Assembly (NCBI RefSeq): GCF_009914755.1
Contig: NC_060937.1
From: the human T2T-CHM13v2.0 reference genome, Homo sapiens
Strand: one strand, 5' to 3'
DNA: 64,000 bases
In this document: in pieces, positions 42,946 through 58,337 of the stretch
Layout of the letters: each line of letters starts with the position of its first letter
Numbering within the stretch: the first letter of the stretch is position 1
Notes under the pieces: model-generated
What the model was told of the DNA's origin: nothing
What the model saw: only the letters and a program-made list of their open reading frames with translations
The model's database searches: none
Made by a program: the position numbers and the translations under genes

Positions 42946-43932
42946 CTCCCTTACCCTCCAATGGATCCAACCTAGGTCATTGAGAATGTGTGCGCAGCTG
43001 CTGTTACATCTTCAGTGTGAGACCATCCATGGTTCTCTTGCATATTAACTCACTCTTCTCGTATTTGAGCCACAACAGGGCCAGGAAACTTGGTCTATAG
43101 CTGGTGATAGAACCTGCAGGATTTCCAAGCGAATGAGTGGAGTGCAGATGGATGGCAGTAGGTTATTTTGCAGGTGAGACTAGGCCTTGTGGGTAAAGAG
43201 AGAGTGAGAGATAAACTCAGTGAAAACGTTTTCCCCATGGGAGATGAGAGGTCCAGCACCCAGAGTTGGAACTTGATTTGAGTGAAGACTTGGCATTAAG
43301 TGCAGATGTTTAGAGCTATGAGATTGTATTAACACCTGCAGTTAAGGTGGTGGATAACTTGGGGAAGAATGAATAAGACCAGGTTGTTGCACTGAGACAG
43401 AACCTCTTTAATTCTTCATTTAAAAAATTTTTGGGGTGGGGGACACCGTGGTGGTTAGTGGTTAGATATAGAGGAAGGGAAGATTTAGAAGAGATTTAGG
43501 AGCTGCTGGAATGTAGTGAGAAAGAGAATGATAGTGAGAGTTGTGGTCAGAGATATAGGCAGATCCAATAGTTCATGAGAGGACTTGTAGGCCGTGGAGA
43601 GGACCCCTCTAATACCTGCTTGTAATTGCAAATTGAGCAACCCAGGACAATTAATTGGTTAAAAAAGTACCCACTCTCAAGAGATTTGAAAATATTTATT
43701 TATACCAAAACTTGCTATGAATGTTCACAGCAGTATGATTATTCATAATATTCCCAATGTGAAAAAAACCCAAATGTCTGTCAGCTGAGGCATGAATACA
43801 CAAAATATGGTATATTCATACAATGGAATATCACTTATCCATAAAAAAGAATGAAATTCTGACACATGCTACAACATAGATGAACTTTTGAAACATTATA
43901 CTGAGTGAAAGAAGCCAGACACAAGGTTTATA

Positions 43933-45549
43933 CAGGTTTAGTGTCCCTTATCTGAAATTCTTGGGATAAGAAATATTTCGGATTTCAAATCTTTTGGATT
44001 TTGGTACATTTACAAATATATAATGAGATATATTGGAGATGGGACCCAAGTCTAAACATGAAATTCATTCAAGTTTCATATGCACTTTATACAGAGAGCC
44101 CGAAGGTAATTTTAAACAATATATATATTTTTAAACTTAAATAATTCTTTACTAATTGTTTTGCAGTTCTTTTTATAGTTAGGGTATATCCCATTGGGAA
44201 TGCCTGACAAATTCCTGTGTTTTTAAGTCACTTGGAATGGTTCCTTTTTGGTAGTTATGCCACCAACTGGATACATATGTTCATTTGTTTCCTTTGATTT
44301 GATTTGATTTCATAGTTCTGATTTTATTATTTTTATTTCAATAGCTTTAGTGGGTACAAGTGGTTTCTGGTTACATGGATGAATTGTATAGTGGTGAAGC
44401 CTGGGCTTTTAGTGTACTTGTCACCTGAATAGTGTACAATGCACCCAACTGGTAATTTTTCATCCTTCACTTCCCTTCCACCCTCCCCACTTCTGAGTCT
44501 CCAGTGTCCATTATATCACTCTGTATGCCTCTGCGTACCCATAGCTTAGCTCTTACTTATAAGAATGTGCAGTATTTGATTTTCCATTCCTGAGTTACTT
44601 CACTTAGGATAATGGTCTCCAGTTCCATCTAAGTTGCTGCAAAAGACATTACTTCAGTCTTTTTTATGGCTGAGTAATATTTCACAATATCTATCTATCT
44701 ATCTATATCTATATATGTATATACTACATTTTCTTCATTCATCAGTTGATGGATACTTAGGTTGATTCCTTATCTTTGCAATTGTGAACTGTGCTGCAAT
44801 AAACATACAAGTGCAGGTGTCTTTTTGATATAATGACTCCTTTTTCTTTGGGTATCTACCCAATGGTGGAATTGCCAGATTGAAGAGTAGTTCTATTTTT
44901 AGTTCTTTGATAAATCTCCATACTATTTTCCATAGGGGTTGTAGTAATTTACATTTCCACCAGCAGTGTACAAGCATTTCCTTTTCACCACATCCATGCC
45001 AATATCTATTATTTTTGACTTTTTAATAATGGCCATTCTGACGGGGGTAATTTTGTATCTCATTGTGGTTTTAATTTGTATTTCCCTGATGATTAGTGAT
45101 GTTGAGCATTTTTTTCATATGTTTGTTGGCCATTTCTGTGTGTGTGTCTTCTTTTGGAAAATATCTTTTCATGTAATTTGCCCACTTTTTAATGGGTTTA
45201 TTTGTTTTTTCTTGATGATTTGTTTGAGTCCCTTGTAGATTCTTGATGTTAGGTTTTTATTGGGTGTATAGTTTGTGAATATTTTCTCTCATCTATAAAT
45301 TGTCTATTTACTCTGTTATTTCTTTTGCTATGCAGAAGCTTCTCAGTTTAATTAAGTTCCATTTATTTATTTTTGTTCTTGTTGCATTTGCTTTTGGGGT
45401 CTTAGTCATATTCTTAATAATTCTGTGCATGAAACAATGTTTGTGTACATGAGGTCAAGTGTGAAATTTTCCCTTGTGGCATCATGTTGACATTTATAAG
45501 TTTTGGATTTTGGAGTATTTTGGATTTCAGATTAGGGATGCTCAACTTG
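43933..45549 (+). mobile_element. Tigger4b (MER46B) split by an L1PB insertion
   Basis: TIRs 'caggtttagtgtccctta' and 'tagggatgctcaacttg', TA TSD; arms at 43933-44132 and 45408-45549. Confidence 0.88.
44321..45407 (-). mobile_element. 5'-truncated L1PB (ORF2 C-terminus plus 3' UTR)
   Basis: 'tacaagtggtttctggttacatggatgaattgtatagtggtgaag'; minus-strand ORF 'HCWWKCKLLQPLWKIVWRFIKEL' is the ORF2p cysteine-rich C-terminus. Confidence 0.92.
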
Positions 45550-47137
45550 TATATTGTGTGATTCCATTTACATGAGATGTCCACAATAAACAAATCCATA
45601 GACACAGAAAGTAGAGCAGTGGTTGCCAGAGGCTGCAGAGAGGAAGAAAGGGGGAATGACTACTAGGAAGTATAGCATTTCTTTTTGGGCTGAAGAAAGT
45701 GGTTTGAAATAAAATAGTGATGTTGGTTGAATTAATACAATCTCAAGAATATGTTAAAAACCCCTAAATTATACTCTTTAAGATGGTGAGTTTCATGGTG
45801 TGTAAATTATATCTCAACAAAACTGTGTCTTCTTTAAAAGCAAAAGAGTTCTAATAAATATTCCAGTTTTTCAAATTACTTTTGTTACCTTTGTATAAAA
45901 AAAGGTAACTAAATGCATCCCGGAGTGACTCCAGGGATGGATCAGCAGCTTGTAAACACAGTAAGTGTCAGTTTGTGTTCCTCATTGTCTGGTTTGTGCT
46001 TTCATTTTTATATGAAGACTTGTGACCCAAACTGATAATAGGGAATTATGTTAAAAATAGTCCCACTGGCATTTAGTTTTTTTTTTTTTAATAAAAGCAG
46101 AGTTTTGGTGAGTTTATTTGACCTATTTTTAAAATGGCTGTATCCTTGTTGGTCCATCAGAGCAAAGGATGCTTTGATTCCCCAAAGCACTCACCATAAT
46201 GCAACAACTCAGACTTGTAGAGTACATTTGTAGACTTCCTGGTAGACTAAAGCATTTTCATAAAGCCCATGAAAGCCGAAGGATGATCTAGACCAGGCAG
46301 TTGATCTCCTTTGGTCAGGGGGAAGGAGGAAGCTTACATAAGTCACAGTGGTTCATTCTATGGACAAAGGAAGCACTTAGAACTTCAGTTGTGTGATACT
46401 AGAAGGTTTTCATTTTTATTTTTTTTAACAGTACTACTTTCTAAAAAGAAGTAAGGGTAATATTTGGGACCAAAGAGAGAGAAAGGGAGTGAAAAACCAC
46501 ACAAAATTTATTTTGTGCTTCCTTTGGATCTGCTTTTTGACATAGGTTCAAGATGAATTATTAGTTTCTAGGTCGTCCTAAATATCATTTGAATATGTTT
46601 TGAAACCGATTACATAAAAAAAGAACAAAGTTTAGGAAAAAAAATCATTGTGGTCCTGACATCATCACCAGACGTTAACATCTGTTGTCTTGTTTGTGCC
46701 TCTAACCACATCAAAATATTTGATGTCCCTTTTTAAAAAAAGGCCCGTTCTATGTGTTTGCTGAGGACTTTAATGACAAATACATTTCACCTTTAACCTT
46801 GAAGTAAATGCAAGTCATGCTGTTCCTTCCTCGCAGATGTCAAGTATTCTCCATAGTGGGTTAGAGAAGACAGAGAGTTGGCAGGCAAGAGACTGAAATG
46901 TCTGCTTGTACTTGAAATGGATTTGGAATAAACATGTGCATTTTTCTACTGGAAAACATTTTCAAAGAGAGACTACAGCATGATGCTCTCTTTTTGCTAT
47001 CTTTTTTTCATTCAACTCACTTCATTGCTCTCTGTTCTAGCATCTTACCAAAGAAAACGTGTGCCTAGCGTTTGAACAAAGAATATTTTGTATTTTTAGC
47101 TGTAATTGAACTTTACAAGTTTATTTGCAAGAGTTCG

Positions 47138-49801
47138 TTGTCAAGTGCTTTTTGTGCATCTATTGAGATAATCATCCAGTCATGTGGTTTTTATCTTTCA
47201 TTTTGTTAAATGTGGTGTAACACATTGACTGATTTGTGTTATGTTGAACCAACCTTGCATCCCAGGGATATATCCCACCTGGTCAGGGTGTTTAATCTTT
47301 CTGATGTGCTGTTGAATTTGGTTTGCTGATATTTAATTGAGGATTTTCACATCTATGTTCATTACAGGTATTGGTCTGTAGTTTTCTGTGGTGTCTTTGT
47401 CTGGCTTTGGTATTGGGGTGATGTTGCCTCATAAAATGAGTTTGGAAGTGTTTTCTCTTTTATTTTTTGGAAGCATTTAAGAAGGATTGGTATTAATTAT
47501 TCTTTGAATGTTTGGTAGAGTTCATCCATTAAGCCATTTGGTCCTGGACATTTCCGTGTTGGGAGGGTTTTGATTACGAATTCAATCTCCTTATTTGTTG
47601 GTGTGTTCAAACTTTGTTTCTTCTTGATTAGGTCTTGGCAGATTGTATGTTTCTAGGGATTTATCCATGACAAAATTTTTTTAACAAAATAGATGTGGAA
47701 AGAACTTACTTCAACATAATGAAGGCCACTTATGATTAACATCGTAATCAATGGGGAAAAACTGAAAGCTTTTCCTCTAAGACCAGGAACAAGATAAGGA
47801 TTGCCATTCTTGCCACTCCTATTCAACACGGTACTGGAAGTCCTAGCTGAGCAACTAGGCAAAAAGATAAATAAAAGGCATCTGAATTGGAAAGAAAGAA
47901 ATAAAATTACCTCTGTTTGCAGATGACATGAGCTTATATGTATACAACTCTAAAAACACCACAAACATGTTAAAACTAATAAATGAATTCAGAAGAGTTG
48001 TAGGACACAAAATCAACATACAAAAATCAGTTATGTTCTTTATACCTACAATGAACTATCTGAAAAGAAAATCAAACACAATCCAACTCACAATAGCATC
48101 AAAAAGAAAAACATGGGTGTGAAAGATCTGTACCCTGAAAGCTACAAAATATTAATGAAAAAATTGAAGAAGACACAAATAAATGGAAAAGTATTTCCTA
48201 TCACAAGTTGGAAGAATTAATATTATGTACATATAACACAAAGCAATCTATAGATTCAACACAATCCCTGTGAAAATTCCAGTGGCATTTTTCACAGAAA
48301 TAGAAAAAACAATTCTAAAATTCATATGGAACAACGAAAGACCCCAAATAGCCAAAGCAATCTCGAGAAAGAAGAACAAGTTGGAGGTATCACACTTTCT
48401 GACTTCAAATTACACTTCAAAGCTATAATAATTTAAATAGTATGGTACTGGCATAAAAATAGACATATAGACCAATGGAACGAAATAGAGAGCCCAGAAA
48501 TAAACTCATGTGTATTCAGTCAACTAATGTTCAACAAGGGTGCCAAGAATATACAAGAGGGAAAGGATAGTCTCTCCAGTTCACAGTGTGGAGAAAACTG
48601 AATATCTACATGCAAAGAAATGAGATTGGACCCTTATCTTACACTATACACAAAAACCAACTCAAAAGAAAGACATAGACCTGAAACTGTGAAAGTACTA
48701 GGAAAAAACATAGGGAAAAACCTCTTTGATATTGGTCTTGGCAATGATTTTTTGGATATGACATTGAAAGCGGAGGCAAAAAAAGCAAAAATAAATGTGT
48801 GAGACAACTTCGAAATAAAAAGCTTATGCACAGCAAAGAAAAATAATTTAAAAAATGGAAAGGCAGCCTACAGATTGAGAGGAAATATTTGCAACCATAT
48901 CTCTGATAAGGGTTAATATCCAAAATATAGAAAGAATTCATACAACTCAATGCCAAAAAAACCCAAATAATCTGATTAAAAAATGGAGAAAGGACCTAAA
49001 TAGACATTTCTCCAAAGAAGGCCAACAAGTATATGAAAAGGTGCTGACCTATCATCAGGGAAATGCAAATGAAAACCACGAGACATCACTTCACACCTGT
49101 TAGGGTGGCCATTATCAAAAAATAAAAATTGACAAGTGTTGGCAAGGCTGTGGAGAAAAGGGAACCCTTGTACACTGTTGGTAGGATTGTAAATTTGTAT
49201 AGCTATTATGGTAAACAGCATGGAGTTTTCTTAAATAATCAAAAACAGAACTACCTTATGATCTGATAATTCTACTTTTGAATATATACCCAAAGGAATT
49301 GAAATCAATATCTCAAAGAGATGTATGCATTTCCATGGTCATTCCAGCAGTATTCACAGTAGTCAAGATATGAAATCAACCTAAGCATCTATTGACAAAT
49401 GAATGAATAAAGAAAATGTGGTATATATACACGCACACACATATTGGAATACTATTCAGCCTTAAAAAAGAAGGAAATCCTACTATTCGTAACAACATGG
49501 ATGAACTTGAAAAGCATGCCAAGTGAAATAAGCCAGACACAGAAAAAAGAATACTACATGATCTCAGTTATATGTAGAATCTAAAAAAGTAAAATTCATA
49601 GAAGCAGAAAATAGAATGGTGGCTACCATTGGCAGGGGTGGAATTGGGGTTGGGAGAAATTGTGGTAGATACTGGTCAAAGGATACAGGTTTCAGTTTCA
49701 TAGGATGAATATGTTTTAGAGACCTAATGTACAGCATGATGACTATAGTTAATACTACTGAACTCTTGAAATTTGTAAAGAGAGTGGGTCTTGTGTTCTC
49801 A

Positions 49802-49836
<35 letters not shown>

Positions 49837-49960
49837 GGTCCCTGTGTGAGGTGATGGATATTTTAATTAGCTTGACTATAGTAATTAATCATTTCACAAT
49901 GTATATGTATATCAAACTTCCAATTATATTTTAGTAAAGCTGTTATTTAAAAATAAAAAA
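47138..49960 (+). mobile_element. L1MA9-like element with an inverted 5' segment (47138-47667 antisense, 47668-49960 sense)
   Basis: ORF2 remnants such as 'MRLDPYLTLYTKTNSK'; L1MA-type 3' UTR; orientation switch at about 47668. Confidence 0.9.
49803..49834. repeat. (CA)n microsatellite within the L1 3' UTR
   Basis: About 16 CA units. Confidence 0.97.
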
Positions 49961-50038
49961 GATATTTTTACACATTAAACTTCTTTCTCCACTCAGACTA
50001 TTTGAAAGTATTATTTTGAAAATATTAAAGAATAATCA

Positions 50039-50360
<322 letters not shown>

Positions 50361-50771
50361 TCAAAATTCCCTTAAAAAAGTTTTTTCCTTTAATTCCATT
50401 TATGGGTTTAACTTCCATGTGAACCAGGCTTAGATGATTGTTATCAATTAGCCTGAAAGAATTCCTACAATTCTGACTGTGAGATTGTTCCCAAGGAGTG
50501 GCTGATTTCTGCTCTTCCCATATTTCCTCAACACCTCCTTGTCCCTAGAATAGAAAGTATCAATTATGCCACTGTTCAGTGGGCAAAGGCCCGATTGTTT
50601 TTCAGGATGATCTCAATTTTGGTGACTATTTGGGTCTATGATATTTCCCAACTTGTATTTTGTAGGATATTAAAATTGCGCCTATGACAGCCTCCATGAC
50701 GTGGAGCTGCTTTGATTGTGTTCATGACATGCGCTCCAAAGGATGATTTCCATTTGGTTCTTCTTGCATGA

Positions 50772-51147
<376 letters not shown>

Positions 51148-51449
51148 AGGTTTACCCAGTTTAAGCTCTCTTAGGGTACTTAGCTTGTCCATCATTCCTG
51201 CCATCAAGAGAGTTACTTGTTTTCATTTGACAGTTGTCCTAACCTGCTTCTTTCTTCCAGATCCCAGGATCATTCCAGGGGTGGAATGTGGGCCAAAATG
51301 ACACTGGGGACCTTATCATCAGCTTCTGGGTTATTAAATAAACAGTAGGGCTATAGAAAGCAGTTCAGTTTAACTATTTCTTGTTCAGAACATACTGATG
51401 GAATCCATAAAGGGTAAAAAATAACAAGTAGGGCAGTCTGCAATATTAA

Positions 51450-52480
51450 GTAGGACAAATAACTGTAACGAAGGGAGAGTTATGCTTGTGTCTCAAGAGA
51501 AGTCTAGAAAAGGGCTGGAGGAGCTCAGAAGAAGGAGAGACAGCCAGGAGTAGAGGGGGATCAAAGTGGACTACATGGAGAAGTGGTACCTGAGGTGAGT
51601 TTCAGCTGTGGCTGAGAAAGGGGAGAGGGATGTTGGGGAGGAATTATTCCAGGAAAAAGAGGCAAAATGAGCAAAGTATGGAGACAGGAAAAAATGACTA
51701 TGTTCAGTGACTGGACTGATATCAAGTGGAGAGAGTCTTGATTGCAATATTTGAGTGACATCATCAGCAGTGATGTCTGGGACAGAGGAGAGCACTCCTT
51801 CAAAACCCGAGGAGCCTTGGCAAGCCCACTTCCCAGGCTTCAGTTCTTATCCTCATCTGGAAGCATAAGGGGGCTTACAAAATCTTTTCTAAGGCCCAGT
51901 TCTGCTCTAGAGTTTGATGATTCATAAAGACAGGCATCAGTTAGGTGTTTGCCCAGCATCTAGGCAGGTGACATAGGGTGTGTTGGGATGGCACAGAGTG
52001 GAGAGAAAGAAAGGGGAGAGTATGAGAGGGAGAGTGGCTATTCCTTGGAAACTACTGGAGGTTGGAATTGAGAGAGATCAGGATGAGCAGATTACTGGAT
52101 TCCAAACCCAGTTTTCTGGACCAGTGTTAATGTCATTAAGAGACAGAAGGAAAGTAGAGGAAGGGGCTAGTTTTGTGGAGAGGATGAACTTGGTCTTAGA
52201 CACGATGAGTTTAAGGCATTGTCTTCAAATCCAGGTGGATACGTCCCACAAGTCGAAACAAGGTGCTTTGAGAGGATGTGCAACTGGAGGTGAATTTGGG
52301 GATAGTGGTGCTGTGAGGGCATAGAAGGATGAGGCAGAAAGGAAAATGCTAGAACCTAGGATGGGAGCAGGAAGAATCTGGGGAGATAAGACTGTTGGGA
52401 GAAGGAGGAAAAGTCAGGGCAGGAGGAGGAGGAGGGTATTCGACAGTGTCCTCACCTTGAAGATGAGGGGAGCCTGGTGG
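51450..52480 (-). mobile_element. Degraded L2, with a MIR fragment near 51800-51930
   Basis: Purine-rich antisense L2 motifs 'ggaattattccaggaaaaagagg' and 'gaacttggtcttagacacgatgagtttaagg'. Confidence 0.55.
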
Positions 52481-54394
52481 TCTGGGGGAGTTGCAGAAAA
52501 GTTACTTTTAAAGGGGGGTGGGGGTACCAGCTGGGTCTCTTCCTTTTAGACCTGGTTCAATGAAATTCAAGGAGAGCCAAGTGATAGAGAGGGGAGATCA
52601 GTGTTGTGAGCCATAGGAAAAGGTACCTTTTGGAAGCCTTCCATGAGAATTACTTGTTCTCATTTTATAGTTTTCTTAACATCTTCCCCTTCTTTTTTTT
52701 TTCTTGATGTAAAGCTCATGGGCTCTCCAGGTATCCCCAGGAGTGAAGAGGGTCTCTCTTATGATATATTACACCAATACCAGACTAGAGGAGATTTCAA
52801 AGTAACAGAAACTTACTTCCCTGCCAACAGCCAGCATTACCTAGAGTTGGGGGTCAGGTCTCGAGACAATTGTCAATGGGAGAGAAAAAGCCTCAAACCG
52901 ACCAAGCCCAAATGCAAATGATCACAGTGTTCCAGCAGTGTTTTCGTTTCTTTTCAGTCAGTCCTCAAGATTGGGGACACCACCAAAGCAGGTCAAAAGG
53001 CGAAGGTGGCAGAGCCACCCAGCATAGGCCCCTGGGCAGGTCCCTGGGACCCGCCCCTGGGTGCCACTGGGGTGCAATGCCGGATGCAGTGGCCTTTGCT
53101 GTCCTCTGTCACTGTGGGTCAGTCCATGTCCCGAGGGAGGGTGTCTCCCCATGCCCCGCAGTGCAGTGCATGATCAGGCAGGGCTCCTGGGCTAATGGTC
53201 CCCAGGTTTGGATTTCAGGGGGAGGAAGCTTTCAGGCGGGGTGGCGTTGGCAGGCAGCCCAGATTTCTGGAATGTGTTGCTCTGCCCGGTGGGCTAGCGG
53301 TTTGGCGGATCAGGTTCCGGCTGGCGAATACAGGAGAACAATAGGCATGTGGTTCCTGGACTAATTAGCTGTGTGGCTCTTCTCCCGGCTGTGCCCTTGG
53401 CTGGGCCTCCAGTCCTGCTGTCACTGCCTCTGGGGTCCGGCTTGAACACTTGCTGGCTGGGGGAGCCCTGCAGGGAAGATGAGGCATCAGGGGACTGAAG
53501 TCTGCCAGCAGGGATCGGGCTTGTGATTACATCCCATGGGTGGCCCCCTGGTGACATTAGATCAGGGGCTGCCCTGTGTAGAGAGCTGGTGTTTCTTGGG
53601 ACACAGTGGTGGCTTGCGAATGGCTGTGGGCGCAGAGGCTGCAGTGAGCATGTTTCATTTTGCCACACGGGGGAATGCTCTTCCTACACCAGGTGCCTTC
53701 CGTGGGCCTAAATATTTCAGTGGCAGGCAGGTAAGCTGAACTGAGGGCCAGGGTGGGGAAGGCTTCAAGGTTCATGGAACATCAGCCAAATTTTTGGGAG
53801 AATGTCATGTCTGGACTTTGTGGAATCTTACCTTTGGGAGAGTCAAAAAAAGTCTTAAATATTTGACAGGAAAAAAAGGGGGTTTTTCATTCAGGATCAT
53901 CTAATTCAGCTCAGGACAATTCAGATTTCTATAAAGTTAAGTTACGAAAACAGTTACAAAATCTTTAAATGAGAGGGCTTTCCCCATGGCTGTGAAACAT
54001 AACGAGAGGTTTCACTGATGTCTTCTGGGGTATTCACATAGTTTGAAAAATGAGGGGCATCCTTATTCTCATCTTCAAAAACTTTTCTCAGATTGGGAAA
54101 GCCTGAGAAGGTGCCAATAGAAGGGAGTTTCTTAGTTGCTCCTGAACCCAGAACCTGACCCCTTCCTAGGTGGCGCTCTCCCACCTGTTCCCAAGGCAGT
54201 TTTTTCACCCTCTCTCATAAAGGGGCTCCCTCAAGATTTGAGACTTAGACCCTACTTTAGACAAACTCAATAAGGCCATAGTTGAGGAAAGATGTTTAAA
54301 ATACTTCCCCCAAAATTCTTCGAAAGAAGAAATGAAGTTGTCTGTTATCTTTTAAGAGGACGCATGAATCCATGTTCTTAATGAACTCGGAAGG

Positions 54395-54560
54395 TTTTGC
54401 TTGTTCAAAGTGTCATCCTTCCATCCACAGCACAGCGTCACCTGAGAGGCTGCTAGAGATGCAGAGAGCCAGATCCGACCTGGGCCCGCTGAATCAAAAT
54501 CTGCATCTTATCAAGATCCCCAGGGGATTTGTAAAAAATAGAGCATGGGAAGAAACAGGT
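54395..54560. mobile_element. MER5A hAT element
   Basis: 'ctgctagagatgcaga...ctgaatcaaaatctgcatcttatcaagatccccagg'. Confidence 0.75.
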
Positions 54561-54615
54561 ACTACTATGTCCTGAATCTGAAATTCTCTTTTCTTTGTTC
54601 TCTTATGAACTGTGG

Positions 54616-54623
54616 TCTCTCTC

Positions 54624-54680
<57 letters not shown>
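54616..54680. repeat. (CT)n microsatellite
   Basis: About 32 CT units with one interruption. Confidence 0.97.
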
Positions 54681-54684
<4 letters not shown>

Positions 54685-55972
54685 CAGCCTCAATGTCTTT
54701 GCTGGAAAATTTTCTTTCTATTTAGCCTGCTAATCCACAGAGATGCCCTGGATCACCCTTGGGACACCTAGATTTTCTCCACATGAAGCCTGTTAGGTGA
54801 TTTGACAGTTGGAGACCTTCCTGTTAACAGCCATTATAATAAAACATTCCCCCAAACCAAATTCGGCAATTATTAACAAGTTGAAACAGAAAACGATGTT
54901 TACTAAGGCATTCTTCCTGAGGCTTAATATATCCTGTGAAGAGGGTGGGGTGGGTGTAGGAAATCTTAGCTCTACCTGGAGTTCAAGGTAATGTCAGAAC
55001 CAGAGGTTGAAGTACAGGGAAAGCACCTCTTCCTTAGGAGTCGGACATGGAGATCTTTTTACATGCGCAGTTGGCCAGTGATGACCTTGTCATTGAACTG
55101 ACTCCCTTTCAGTGATTAGAGGGTGTGCTTAGTAGCTTAATTTCTTTCCATCGCTGGCTTCTGCATAGAGTGGACCTGTGCAGAGTAGCCTTCAGTCAAG
55201 ACAGTGAGGTCACTTGGATGAAAGGAACCTGGACTGCATTTGGGCACACGTCTGTGTGTACTCCATGGGTGCCCAGCGAGGGCAGTGCCCACAAGAATTT
55301 GCTTGTCACTGTATCCTCAATACCTGGTACAAAACAGATGCTCTATTACTATTTTCTCAATTACAGCAGTAATTTCAACTTGTATCTGGGGGTAAAAATT
55401 CCAGAATCTGCTAAAGACATGAACGTTCATTTGCCATGGATCAGGCATGCTGTATTTTGCTATCAAACATGTATGGCAGAGGTAAGCACAGGCCCTGCAA
55501 ACGGTGTGCTTTCTTTGCTTTTCTAAAGCAAATATGCAAAGACGATGTGCCAGTATTTAGTGGGAACATGCAGAGATCTTGGACTCCAGGGCTTGGAGTT
55601 TCCTAGGTTTCAGGGGCACCTAATCCAGTCTTGCACTCCAGCAGGAATTCCCTCTACAACATGGACTCATTTATTCAACAGAGTTCGGCTGATGGCTTAT
55701 AAAATGTAGCACCTGCCAGACTCTCTGAGGCTCTGTAGGGAGGCGATAAATTACAATTTCTGATCTCTACAAGCTCACAGTTCACTGGAGGAGTCACACA
55801 TTTAAACAGATAACAACACTGCTTCTTTAAAAGAAATACAAGTATATAAAAGGTACTACGTAGGAATGCAGAGAAGGAGTACCCAGCGCTTCCTGAGACG
55901 AGGGTGGGAGAACAGGGATGGCTCCCAACATATGATCCCATCACAGACATTGCTTCATAAGAATCAGGAGAT

Positions 55973-56267
<295 letters not shown>

Positions 56268-56294
56268 TCAGGAGACATTCTCACATGACTGACA

Positions 56295-56530
56295 AATGAC
56301 AACTTATTAGGCATTTAGTGAGTTCCAAGCACAATCTGAAGTGTTTTACATGTGCTAGTTCACTTAATCACTACAATAACTACTAGTTTATTATTCCCAT
56401 TTTACAGATTAGGAAACTAAGAATTGCAAGGTCGGGTAATAACTCGTGCAACCAGTAAGTGGCTGAGCAGGGAGTGAAAGCTAGGCAGTGTGATTCTGAG
56501 TCCTGGCTCTTCAGCACTAGGTTAGACTGT
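56295..56530 (-). mobile_element. MIR
   Basis: 'ttattcccattttacagattaggaaactaag'. Confidence 0.8.
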
Positions 56531-56711
56531 CTCCTGCACAGGAAGAAAGACACTTGGCGGAGAGGCAAGGTCTGTGAACAGCTACGAGAGAGTCAGGGAA
56601 TCAGGAATTAAGGGTGACTTGTTCACGGAGCTTGGAGGAGTAGGTCGGGCTGGATCCTGATTTTAGATGTCATTTTAAGGAATTTATCTCTAGGTGATAG
56701 TTATGGGAGGA

Positions 56712-57195
56712 TTTTTCTTAATTGTGGTAAAACAATGTAACATAAAATTTATCATTTTAACCATTTTAAGCATACAGGTCAGTGGCATTAAGCACATCAC
56801 GTTGCTTTGCAACCAGCGTCACCAGCCAGCTCTAGAACTTTTTCATCTTCCCGAATGAATCTCTTCACCCGTTAGGCAATAACTCTCCATTCCCTCATCT
56901 CCAAAGCTCCTGGCAACCACCATTTCCCTAGCCCCTGGTAACCAGTACTTTTTGTCTCATGAATTTGACTACTCTGGGCACCTCATATGAGTCAAAGCTT
57001 ACATTATTTACCCCTTTGTAACTGGCTTTTCACTTAGCACAATGTCCTCAAGGTTCATCCACGCTGTAGCATCTGTCAGAATTTCAATCCTTTTTTAAGG
57101 CTGAATAATATTCTATTGTATAGATGGGCCACATTCTGTTTATTCATCTATCGATGAGTATTTGGATTGCTCCTGCCTTTAGGTTATTGTGAATT
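56712..57195 (-). mobile_element. L1MB 3' end inserted in an L2 relic
   Basis: 'ttaattgtggtaaaac...aacataaaatttatcattttaaccattttaag' and 'aggctgaataatattctattgta'. Confidence 0.88.
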
Positions 57196-57673
57196 GAGGG
57201 ATTCTAATCTGGGGAATGGTACAGTTACATTTATATCTTACAGATGCAGGGAAAAAAAACCAGAACACTGGTTGCCAGTGTGCAGGTTGGAGGGGAGAAT
57301 AGAGACAAGTTTTAGCCTGTTATAGTAATCTAGGTGACAGATAACGAGAGTTTGCACTAAGGTAGTGTTGTGGATAGATTAGAGGAGACACAGATTACAG
57401 ACACGTAGGAGGAAGAGGCACACGATTTGGTTACCACTTGGAAGGGGTTGGGGCAAATGTGGAAGAGTTACCTAGGACTTTGCTGTTTGACCTTGTAACT
57501 AGGTAGATGGTGGTAAAATGGTACCTACCAGGTGGAACAGAGAATCTCAGGAGGTCCGTGCTGCAGGGGCTTTCACTTACCTCCTGAAATTTCATGCAAC
57601 TATGTATGTTCCATGTCTTTTCCTGGTAAGAGGGTCTACAGCTTTCCTTGGATTGTTATAAAATCTATCTCCA

Positions 57674-58337
<664 letters not shown>

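Larger units (their letters stand above)
43670..45826 (+). mobile_element. L1MB-type 3' end, host of the Tigger4b/L1PB nest
   Basis: 'ctgagtgaaagaagccagacacaagg' continues after 45550 as 'tattgtgtgattccatttacatgag...aattatatctcaacaaa'. Confidence 0.85.

Noticed and set aside
47700-49250. L1 ORF2 as an active reverse transcriptase
   Set aside because: Truncated, partly inverted and full of stops and frameshifts.
52870-53364. 164-aa ORF in the GC-rich island
   Set aside because: Non-ATG start, no recognisable domain, and length expected by chance at this GC content.
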